Under the pieces are notes generated by a model that saw only the letters and a program-made list of their open reading frames with translations, was not told the origin of the DNA and did no database searches. The translations under genes and the position numbers were made by a program. A stretch of DNA of 64,000 bases from Fimbriosthenelais zetlandica (Eukaryota): positions 53,568,001 to 53,632,000 of the forward strand of contig OZ365109.1 in the NCBI GenBank assembly GCA_977030845.1, given 5' to 3'. Shown here piece by piece: positions 13,308 through 24,700 of this stretch. Within the stretch, counting starts at the first letter, position 1. The number at the start of each line of letters is the position of its first letter.

Positions 13308-13752
13308 ACTTCCGGTCCATTACTTGTTCCATATGCAGCAGAGCAGACTTTTGCCTTGACTGCCCTGACTTAGTTTTCATTCACATGGACCTTTCGGGGA
13401 ATATAAAGTCGGCCTCTCAAGTACTGCAGCTCCAAATTGAAAGGCAAATTCACCGGAAGTGGAGAAGAGCCGCGGGCGTGCGCAGTTTTGTTGTCTGATA
13501 GCCACTGGCAGGACTAGCTTGTTGTGGCTCGCCACACGACTGGGCCTTCCACTCATGATTGATTGTCATTCACTGTAGTTTCCTCCACTAGAAAGCTTCA
13601 GAAATCCCACAAACTGAAACATAAATGCATCAGCTAAAGCTATGTAAGGGACGGGTACCATATATTGTCTACAATGGATACCACAGGACAAGGGACGTAC
13701 TTTGTTTCAGACCTGAGCTGCGAGCGAAAGAGTCTGGACAGGACTTCCGGAA
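13308..13752. promoter_or_regulatory. CpG-rich promoter-like island with ETS and NRF1-like sites
   Basis: ACTTCCGG 13308-13315, CCGGAAGT 13453-13460, ACTTCCGGAA 13743-13752 and GCGTGCGCA 13476-13484, in a CpG-richer patch. Confidence 0.45.
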
Positions 13753-16700
13753 AGTGAAGGTCACATATTGGCTCTGGGAAGGATCAAAGACTCGGGTGTT
13801 GTTTTCTTTGTCAATAATTATGTTCCCACCTGATTATTCATATATTATACTATTTTGATATTTGAAAAGAACAGAACTGACTGCAAATCGCATATCATCC
13901 AAACAACTTTCTCTGAGGACATTTCCATCCGCTGCCAGATCTATCTGGAATCTGCCAGACGTACATGTATACATGGAAAAAGCCTTTCCACTGAGCAGTA
14001 CCTCATTCCAAATATAACTTTCCTTCCATAGCGCCTCATGGATGTTGCCCATCGTAACCGGTATAACTGTCTGATTTCATGTCCCAGACCTGGTAGCACC
14101 GACTAACAGAACAAAACATGTAAGGAAATACATCCCACATAACTTCACCACTCGAAATTTAGAGTGGTCATAAGGCATTTATATAGATTTTAAACTTTGT
14201 TGGTGCCCCTTAGATGGCAAAGGGAATAACGCAATTAATGCCAAGACGAAAGCAGTCGGTTATCACATCTTGAACAGAACAATCTTGAGCAGGAATTTTA
14301 GCTGTGGTACAGATGTCTTTATCCTACTTTCAAACCGAGTTTGACCAAGGTAGAAATGTACCGTGATCTCCCATCTCCTATTAAGATCTATAGTATGGAT
14401 CAAGATCCACTTTTACATACATATAATAATTATGCTATAATCAATTGCTTGGAGGTTGCCTCAGGCGCCTACGACTTGAGAATTACATTTCATACCAATC
14501 TGATCAACTTATATATGAACATTATATCACATACTTGGACTGCATGCTAAATTTCCTTATTGAACATCATGAATGTTTATGTGATACTGGATCTGATCAA
14601 TGAACATAAATCAGTAATAAATGACCTACTTAATGTTCTAATGCCTGTATTAAATTCTGACGTTTGAATGACAGCCAAATAGCTCTAAACAATATGGCCT
14701 TTCAGTTTTTCTCCAGGTGTATGAAATGGAAGTAAAATGACACTGGCAGACCCCCATCCCTCCAGCAGCATATTTGATCGATACATACTTCTTTTTAGTT
14801 CTTTTACAATGTGAGGAGTTTCGGAGTGGGAGGGTGAGGAGAAGGAAAAGGTGGTAGCTTGTCCCATACAAAGATCAATAATCATAGCCTAATCACTGTC
14901 ATTTGCCTTTGATCTGGTAAGAACAGCCCTTCTATTCCCACCAGCACCATAACGATTACCTATAAATTGCAATAACATAAGGCACACAGATGTTTACCCT
15001 GAATTGCGTCCCTTATTTCGGGTGAATTTGCTCCACATTCTCGCCTGATTGCTTCGGTATTGCTTTGATATAGATCCGATGGTTGTACCGTGGAAGACAT
15101 CCTATCAGTATTATAGCTACTCTCTTGTACACATCTCCACAGTGCAGTCTCTGTTCCATATAATGCTCCCTGCAATTACTCGCTCCCGAAGTCAAAAGAC
15201 TCAAAAAACTATCTAGACAATAAAAAAAGAGCGACAAAGAATCTTGTATACTTCCAATCATCGATTGTCTCTTTGAAAAGCAAGTTTCATACATAAGATC
15301 ATAGAATACAAGTCCTAAATTACCAATGTAATGCTAGAATGTGGAGTGCTCAGTATAATGCTGAACATATCATACTGTGAAGGAAGCCTTCGGGGGGCCG
15401 TGACTGATGGGGACTGCTGGAAGCCACACCAGAGTCTCGTCAAGAGAGCAAGATGTGTTCTGAAAGCCAAAACCTCAGCCAGTCATTCCCTTTCACCAGC
15501 CGTTTATACAGCCAGAGAAGTGAGACAGAGACGGAGTGAGAGATGTACAAGCCAAGGGGGAGACAAAAGAAACAAACAACGCCTGTCTTATTGATGACTG
15601 CTGGCCACACTCCTCCATTTTACACAACTTGAGAATGGAGCTAACATGAAAAAGGGGGATAAATGTCCCTATAGAGTCGGAATGGAGCACCAGAATTGAA
15701 TCGATGGAATTGACTAGAGTTCCTTTATATCTATATTGTGCAGATTCTGAACTAAAATTGTCTCGATAACAAATTAAGATTCAAGTATTCTGGGCTAATT
15801 ATATCTGGATATGTGTGTATATCCGATATTCAGTTAAAGCAGGATTGAAATTAAAATATCCATTACTGAACAAGCCTTTAGTAAAATAAGTCTTCTTCTG
15901 AAGGCTGCAACATCATTGGAACCATATTATCTGGTTCCACTAGCTTCATACATTTGAATATATATGTAAGACCCTCGCCGACATAAAAAGGCTTGGCCCA
16001 CAGAAAGGCTATTTCTTTAGCCGATGATAACAGAGGGGAAGTGTATGCTTCATTGAATCCCTTCCCTGGTAGCTGCATATTTCATCTTATCACTAGATAC
16101 TGCATGACAGTGTCTTATCATCGAGAAATGCCTCGATTATCGCCCGGAAACAAGCCTTTGTACAAAGCAGGAATTATTAACATGGCCTTGGGCAGGGGTT
16201 TAGCTGCAGCCAAAGCATCCAATATCGTCCACTGTAAGTGAACCAGAAGATGCTGAGCCTCATTTTGCCATCACCCCAGCTCTCACATTCCTCGCTGTTC
16301 TTTTGTAGCCTTGGAAATGGACCTGAGTGGGAAAGGGAAATCCATTGATCTAACCGGCGCCTTGGCAGTTGAGGGTAACAGGGCAAAGGAGATGACTGGA
16401 TGTATGGGGAGATGAACTAGGTAGGTATGTTGGTTAGGGTTGGAGGTGATGTCTGTCCAGGATAAGAAGTTTATCAAAACGTCTGGGTCTTTCTCTCCGT
16501 CCCTTAGTTTCTTCCATAGAAGCAGCTTTCTGTTACACGCCAGTTGCAGTCCCTAGGGCCTCAACAGCACCTGCTTATGAAGGGCCTGTGAGAAAAGGAG
16601 GGGAAGACTGCTTGAGGGTGTGGTGCTCTAACAAGGATTCATTACTTTCTTGAAGAATTCTACAGCCTTCGATCCATCTCTTGACGAAGCCAGGCTTGGG

Positions 16701-16970
16701 GTGCTTCAGGGACTCGCCACTCGTGAAAGTAATCCAATGTCAATCCAGGCCTAAGATGCCAGACATTCCCAAAAGCCGCGGCCAAATCAAATTTCAGGCA
16801 ATTTCATTTCATGAACTGATTTCACATGCATTTTATTGTGAAAAGGCAATCTAGAAGCAATAATCTCACGGTGGTTATTTTATCTGTGTTAAATCCAGCT
16901 GCTTTAATTGACAAACCATTTTGAGTTCAGTCAAATCATCGTTCCAATGAAATTAACAATCCTTGAAACC

Positions 16971-18781
16971 TTGTTAGAGGTTTTGCTAAGAATGAATTAG
17001 AGGAACTGGGGTTTTCTGTCGCAGACAAAATAAAAATTCTAGGAGTATATTTCACGAGTGCCAACACGGTATTGGATAGTTACACCCTTAACTTCCAACC
17101 TTGTCTTATGAGAATGAAATCTGTAATATCCAACTGGACCCACAGATCGTTATCCTTAAAAGGGAAAATCACAATTCTTAATTCACTTGTTATTTCCATT
17201 CTGGGATATCTAGCTGGTAATTTATATACCCCTAGTAAGGTATATACTGAACTTAAGAAGATAATTATAGAGTATCTATGGGATTCAAAAAAACCAAAGG
17301 TTGCCTACGATTATCTGACGCAGGATATTGCTAAGGGGGGCTTGAAATTAGCTGATTTAAGTACTCGCGTGAAAGCTGCTCATATCTCTTGGGTTAGACG
17401 TCTGTGTTTACAGGACGAAGGTACATTAAAGCCATATCAGGAAATATTCATCAAACTGACGAACTGGCCTTTTGATATTCTCAGGTTTTTTAATTGTAAA
17501 TTTCAATGTAATGTACATGACTTCAAGGGTTTCTGTTTCTATACAAAGTTGATGAAATCATGGGAGGAGTTGTATTACAAAAAGCCTGTATCAGAAAAGC
17601 AAATATTGTCAGAGTCTATATGGGAAAATAAATACATAACGCGTGATGGCAAATCGTTGCCTTTGAATATGAATTGGGCTCGTAAGAATGTATGGTGTAT
17701 TGGGGATCTCATAAGAGACAGGAATTTCAGATCTGCTGAAGAGCTGTCAGAACATATGGGTTTTAGTGTTACCTTTTTGGACTTGCTCAGTATCCGATTG
17801 TCTATACCTCTCTCATGGAGAATTGTTATATCCTCTACTTTTACCGAAATTCATGGTCCCATTTTATATGTTCAACATAAGGGTGAAAAATGCATTGATG
17901 TACTGTATACGCAGACTTCAGTCTTTTACTGGTCTCTTCTGAATTGTAAGAAGCAGATGTATAATTATAGAGCCAAATGGAAAGTTGAATTCCCTGACTT
18001 TTTTGAAGATAGGTATGATTTAGAGCTGTGGAAAAAGATATATGAACTGCCTTTTTACGTCACTAGTGATACAAAGTTACAATCCTTCATGTACAAGCTT
18101 ATACATAGATTGTGTCCATGTAACAAGTACCTATATCTAATTCGTGTTTCTGACTCGGAATTTTGCGACTCCTGTAATGAGGTAGATAGCTTGGTTCACT
18201 TCTTTGTCACCTGTGACCACTCAAGTAATTTATGGCAATCAATCTTTAAATGGTTAACACTGATAAATCAAATTAATTGGCCTGATCTTAAAGGTATAAC
18301 AGACGCTGAATTATTATTAGGAATACTCCACACGCCAAGAACTCACGAACTGAATCTCCTAAATGCTTTAATAATCTTCACTAAACATTTTATATTAAAA
18401 CGTAGATTATTTTATGAAAAGAATTGTCAACTGCTAATCTGGATAAGAGAACTGAAGTTATGGTGTTGGTCAGAATATATCAGTTCGAAGCGTTGTAAAA
18501 ACCTGGATTCAGAACTACTAAAATTTCTATATGAGGCATGTTAAGTTATAAGTCTTTAAAGGCTTCAGATATCTCTAACAAAAAACAAATTTTCCAAGAG
18601 TAATTTTGATTATTGTAACTAGAGTGGACAATGTACCTCAACTTTTATTTTGTATTTCTATCTAACTGATATATTCTTATTCATTGTTAAAAAAAAAAAA
18701 AAAAAAAAAAAATACCCTGTAAGTGTTCTGAAAGTTTAATAAATGCACGTCCTCTATGAGGGGTGGAAAGATAAAAAAAAA
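16971..18781 (+). mobile_element. 5'-truncated L1/Tx1-clade non-LTR retrotransposon with poly(A) tail and 16-bp TSD
   Basis: AACAATCCTTGAAACC flanks the element at 16955-16970 and 18782-18797. A24 at 18689-18712 and a second A-tract at 18773-18783. The ORF2 remnant is open from the 5' junction. Confidence 0.93.
16973..18544 (+). CDS. LINE ORF2 C-terminal fragment (end of RT, thumb, zf-RVT/CCHC region), no start codon
   Basis: KIKILGVYF (RT motif 7), NWTHRSLSLKGKITILNSL, KGGLKLADL, KLQSFMYKLIHR, and C-x2-C-x7-H-x4-C (CDSCNEVDSLVHFFVTC). No internal stops or frameshifts. Confidence 0.9.
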   Translation, partial: VRGFAKNELEELGFSVADKIKILGVYFTSANTVLDSYTLNFQPCLMRMKSVISNWTHRSLSLKGKITILNSLVISILGYLAGNLYTPSKVYTELKKIIIEYLWDSKKPKVAYDYLTQDIAKGGLKLADLSTRVKAAHISWVRRLCLQDEGTLKPYQEIFIKLTNWPFDILRFFNCKFQCNVHDFKGFCFYTKLMKSWEELYYKKPVSEKQILSESIWENKYITRDGKSLPLNMNWARKNVWCIGDLIRDRNFRSAEELSEHMGFSVTFLDLLSIRLSIPLSWRIVISSTFTEIHGPILYVQHKGEKCIDVLYTQTSVFYWSLLNCKKQMYNYRAKWKVEFPDFFEDRYDLELWKKIYELPFYVTSDTKLQSFMYKLIHRLCPCNKYLYLIRVSDSEFCDSCNEVDSLVHFFVTCDHSSNLWQSIFKWLTLINQINWPDLKGITDAELLLGILHTPRTHELNLLNALIIFTKHFILKRRLFYEKNCQLLIWIRELKLWCWSEYISSKRCKNLDSELLKFLYEAC

Positions 18782-21700
18782 AACAATCCTTGAAACCAAA
18801 TATCAATATTTATAATAATGAATAATACAGGTTTCAGCTCTAGTACATTGGTCTAGATGCTCATTGCATGGAAAGAATTTTTGCAGATATGAATCTGACA
18901 AGAGGATTAATCGTATTAATCCCACAGTAAGAATAAATATTTCTGGGTGTATGGAAGAAACTCATTCTCTACAATGTCCAATCTGATCCTGGTGGAATTT
19001 TTGCCTATCATATCAAATTTTGTTAAAGACCACCATTTACCATAAAGGAACATTGTGGAGTGATACCTTCCTCAGTTTCCTAAGACGCATTTTCTTTGAA
19101 TTCTACATTGCAAATGTCATTTTGATCCTGAGAGTGTCCGTCCTCGGGACAATTCACTTGAATACGTAACCTTTTACTCTTTCTTTGTCTAAGACGACAA
19201 AGAGATTTGAAATGTGAGGCCCAGACCAAACACTTACAAGAAGTTGGCGTTGCAAGATCAAGCCTTCCATAAATACTGAATAACGAAACAGTTCACAGGG
19301 AAATTATTTCATATTGAAGGGACTGTTGTGCACTGAGAATTCACATCAAGAGATCAATAAAACTAGCTTTGTCCTCTGTGTATTATAACAGTTTCTGTAG
19401 GCCTATCATCAGGTCAATAGAGGGAGCACATGAGTGTTGAAGAGCAGCAGTTATTTTCACGACTTCCACACAATACAGCTTCCTTCCGAGATCTGAATTC
19501 AAGAGAGGGAAACATTTTGCAGGGCCACACCCAGTCGCTCACAGTGTCAGGCTATACAAGACCCTAATATTAGAGCCAATGGGTGTTAAATACAAAAAAA
19601 ACTATAATGCTTCCAGCGTTTCATGAATGGCAACTATCGTACTGTATATACTGAGGCAAGCAGCTTTCCAGATATGGCTTACAGACACAACCATGAATCG
19701 GAAATCAGATTTCTACCTCACCAACTTCTTAAATTGATTCTGCAGGTCTTCATCTTAGAATTAGAGCATCTTCACGGAGGCTTCTAGGAGCTGTTTCGGA
19801 AGGAGAATGTTCTACATTAGCCTCTAGACTCCCTAATGTGGCTCATCATTGTTATTGGATAGGTGCCTGTTTTCACTCATATAATTATACGATGGCCCAA
19901 AACGACTACCTGATATTTGTACCGGGTCGGCAAATCTCATAGTTTTTTATAGCGGTCACTTCAGCACCGCTTCAACTCCCACCCCACTCGTAGCCACACT
20001 GCACTCCTTCGCCCCCACCCACCCACCCTCCCAGAAACACACATCTTTCCCACTCCGCCCCCAACCACAAGCCCACCCTCATTCCCAAACACCACCATAA
20101 CCCCAACTTATACAAAACAATCAGGTGGCTTATTGGAGCCAACCTAAAAAACAAGAGAAATTCTTGGTCAACATCAACCACCTGATCTGTTTGTCCCTGA
20201 TTATGGGGAGGAAACAGCTTTGTGATCATGGACACAACTATTGTTCTCCAGATCACTCTTAATCAGTTCAGCACAAGATCACAAAACTGGGTTCGCAGAC
20301 TAAAGGGACAATATAGATCTGTCCATGGGTGGACCCCTTTATGTTCTTGTTATTGACGAAATTACACATAAGTACATAAAAATGGAGACCTAAAATAGGT
20401 GGGTTGCGTGCCGTAAGCATCACTTCATTTCCTCTGGCATTGGCAAGTGGATTCCAATACTCCAGGAAGGAGGTCACGAGGTCATTTAGAGCACTCATGC
20501 ATTTCAAACATCTGAATGACAGGTGGCTCGTTTTATATTCTGGTCTTCTTAGCTAAAAAAAGAGGTAAAGCTTTTCAGTTGGGAAATAAGTTTAATCCCC
20601 GGGAATTGTTCTTGTAATAAATCACAGTGTTGCCTTCATCTTCTCTTTTTGTCACTATAAGGACAGTCTGAGGAAGGACAAGGCCATTAACTGATCATGA
20701 GCAGGGGTATTAAGGGAACGCTTCTGTTTTTCCAATTTGTACCACTGCCTCGAGTAGCCTTTAACAACCCCTTGTCGGGTGAAGATACATTTAAGGTCTT
20801 TCATCTCGTTTCCTTTGGACTGTATGAGTAGAACCATCTTTATAAACAGACAAAGGCTGGGTTGAGAGGAACCGAATGAAAATTCTCAGTTCAGGATTGA
20901 AAGTATGTATATACTCAGTGGGTGTGGCTCCAGAATAATGAATTTTATTCCACAGGAAACTGATTTTCCACTCTCCCTATCTCACTATAATATTGTATCT
21001 TCCATGCAGAGAACTGCCAACAGGGGATCAACCCTTTAGGGCATTATAGATTTTCTTCTCTAACGTTGGATGTTTCAAGCAGTATGGACCCCAAATACCC
21101 TTTCCTCACATCTATATAGCAGACAGACTTTCAAAGTGAAGGTCATTTTATGATATGAGGTCAGTGCACCTTGAAAGTACATGGGGAGGAGGGGCGTATC
21201 TCTCACTTCAATGTAAAGGATTCCAATTGTATAAAATGGCATAGAGCCTGAGATTGGGACCACGATTTAATAAGTGGTTGCATCAAACCGTTTGGACCCA
21301 ATGCAGAAGCCCAAGGCAATTTATATTTTGTTTGAAGTTCCAGAGACCAATTTTCGTTCAAGTAGCCAGCAGGTGAACAGAAATTTCATTTCCTGAGTAG
21401 TGTCACGGGTTTCAGCTTCATGACCATTCCTGCGGTTCCATGGTCAGCGGCTGGCGTGATGGCTACATCGGTTTCTCATCAGCTGCTCACTCAGCGGCTC
21501 ATGCATGGTTTAGGAGTCACTCGGACTATATTTATAGGCTGTCTTCCCTGCTCCAGTCCATATCTAATGAACCTCTGTGTTCCTCAACCTCACAAGCTGA
21601 AGCAAGTCTGTGGTGGCCTTAAGGGGATTACACATCTTATAGGGCTAACAGTCCCTCAGCTTCCCCATAATCTTCCCTGATTTCTCTACAGCCCTGCCTC

Positions 21701-24700
21701 CTCTCCTACCTTAAACGGACCAGTACATAGAGGAATTCCACCCCTTTCCTTTTAACTGTCAGTTATTGGGGGAGATTCGGGATACTTCTGGGTCCCTTCC
21801 AGACCAATTCACACCATTTGGGTGTATTAGGAGTTCCCAATCAGTGCAAAAGCAGAGGCGCCAGATTCAAGTGAACAATTATACAACTTCTTAGGAGTAA
21901 TTAATATCGACCAGATGATGCCATATGGGATTCGGTTCTGTGAAATTCCAACGTTATGGCTTCTTTTATAGCAGGGAGTGTGCCTCTAGGGCATCAATGG
22001 AAATGTTCTAGTCCTTTCAGATATAGAAACCAGAGTCAAAGTGAAAGGTTTGCTCATGCAAATCTGACCAAACGTTTTAATGTCCAAAAGCATCATCCTT
22101 CAAGTTCCCGATGTCAAAATCAATGAAAGCACGCTATAGTCAGGCAGCGAGGGAAGCAAATAGCCAATACAAGAACCATTCAAACCAAAGGTTGAGAAAG
22201 AAAGGGTATAATAATGTATAATTCACGGATAACTCTCCTCAAAGCTAGGCCAGATCAGAGATGACAGGTAAAACCCTTATGAATCAGTAACCATGGAAAC
22301 CAAATCGGACCTGACAGCAGAAATCCCTCGTTAGAGAGCTGGGAGGATCAATACACCGCTTGGCATTAGTAGAGAAAACTTTTCCAGCTTCCGCCTCATA
22401 ATGCTCCTATTGGAAACTTTTCCAAATGCCCCAGGCTGTTTCTCAGTTCACAGAAATGTCTCAACGAGTCTTTATTTGGCACGGCAGAATCTAGGAAACT
22501 TGGACTGAGATTTCAGCTGTTGACAAACAAAATTAAAAGTAAATCACGGGTGCCTATAGACCAAACTGTTTTTATGTACTCCCTCGAAAAAAGTGAACTT
22601 TAAGACAATTTTGTTCTTATGTGAATACTTCCGCACTAAGGGCGTAGTTCATTGAGGTGAGGGCTATAAACCTTTAATGAGCCTCATGGTCTTTCGTTCA
22701 TAAATGCGAGGACCTGAGGGAATAAAGAATTGTTAAGGTCATGAATCCCTGACCTTCACCTTGAACATATGGAAGCAGATTTGCCTTTAGGGACGACAGT
22801 AAATTAAGGTTGCTTCCTCATAGGACCTACCTTGCTGGCAATTTGTTGAATAGTCTTTTCGAGAGACAGGGAAAGGGTATAATAGCATTGAACAGTTCTT
22901 TTAATACATTTTACAGTGTTCTTAACTCAGACCACTGTACAACCTAAATACGCTAAATCGTATTACTGTACACCGACCTTATAGGTTTGAAACTGCATGG
23001 TATCATAAGCAAAGGGAGGTGAATTACCCATTTGGGAATTTAACCTCACTGGTCAATAGAAATCAGTCAGCTTATTATTAAAGGCTGACATTAATCAATT
23101 CTGCAGGGCCTTGTCCATTTCTTTCTATCAGCATCATGAGGGTGAAATCAGAGTCAGATGAGGTACTGGCCTCAGTTGATAATGATCAGGCACAATGTTT
23201 TAATCCAGCTATAATCTAATTAATCACTTTCCTAATTGACCAGTAATGAGAAGCAGAACTTCCATCACGGTATGAAAAAGGCAGCCAGTTGGAGGAAATT
23301 TCAAAAGTATGAGTATGAGGAGAGACAATGGGATCCTGCGAAAATACATTCTACAAGCACGGTATCCAATTCCAATTCATCACATCCCAATAGTTGAGGA
23401 TTAAGCTTCGGATGCTATTTAATGCCACCAAACAATGTCACAATTTTAAACGACTTTTTTATTATTGTTCATCAGTCTTCAAATTTGAGTTCTAAAGGCA
23501 ATGCAGGGTAAAGAAGCCAAACTCATTATAGGAGCATCCGAAGGAAAAATGTAAGCAGAACTGCCGGGGTACTGTACTTAGGTGTCTATAGACTTCCAAA
23601 GTCAACAAGCACTAAGTCAAATAGAGGACGATTACTATTGGCTAATCTTTCAACTGCGGATTCGCTTGGGGCTTTAAGAAACACAATACAAACTTTACCC
23701 AACTCCTCCAGAAATCAATGCTATTGATTCTAGGCAGTTATTTTCATTTTGCAAGAGGCAGCGAGAGGCTGAGGCAATTCAGACATGAGTACCAATGGCC
23801 TGTGAAGACTTTGTTCAATATCCATAATTACCACTACTCTAAAGTTGTCTCGGGGTTAATTGAGAAAGCCAGTGAGGGGTGAATAAAGGAACAGGCACAT
23901 AATCTCCCCTCCCTCCTTGCTAAGGCAAGGCGTCGCCATGGAAACCTTCAGGAAGGGGTGTCGCAAGGAATGATGAGCCTGGGAAAGGTATTGGAACGGA
24001 TCCGGATGGCGATGTGGGCAATGTTCGCCTATCAATAATGTCTGTTTCAGGTTGCCAGGTTTGCTTCGCTGTCGGGATCTCCCCTCACTTGACCTTACAA
24101 CCTTAGAAATTGCCACCGAAGACTCGGTTTTGCTTTATGTATATCTTGAGCAGAACTTTGCAGATGAGTGGAGACACTCTGCATCACAACCCCATATCTC
24201 CACACTCCAGGCGGGCAGTCCCCAGTGATGGGTTAATAATATGGGGCTTCTATTGTTGGATATTGGAGGAAAGGGTCTGCTGGAGTACACACTGCCATAG
24301 TTCATATTCATCCTAACAAACCTTACAATTCCTATTTGGGTTACATTAAGAGCAGAGAGCCAGTAACCGGACACTGTACTGTTGTTATGTTCCTTGCAAT
24401 AAAGCATTATCCAAATAACAGATTCCAAATCAGTACATGAAGTTTTATATTGGTTCTGAAATCCACCAGCTACTGGCAATCAGGCAATGGCTGTTTGTAA
24501 TTGATTTTCAAATAAAATCACAAGCGACAGTAAGAAAATAAGGCATCAATAAATGATTCCAATATTAAAACCGCGTATAGGGCCTACAGTACGTGTTGTC
24601 CTCTCTCATATAGAAAATGCCAAACATGTGATAAATGATCTAAGCTCAGGGCACTGACAGCTGGTCTCTTAAATGCACAAAAATTTAAATATAAATGACT

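Noticed and set aside
16756-16800. Minus-strand peptide CLKFDLAAAFGNVWH resembling the LINE RT motif D(L/F)xxAFDxVxH
   Set aside because: No other RT motifs in frame on either side and stops nearby. It may be an ancient fragment or chance.
19000-24500. Coding-looking sequence downstream of the LINE
   Set aside because: Translating stretches of both strands gave frequent stops and no recognisable TE or host motifs. Probably old decayed sequence.
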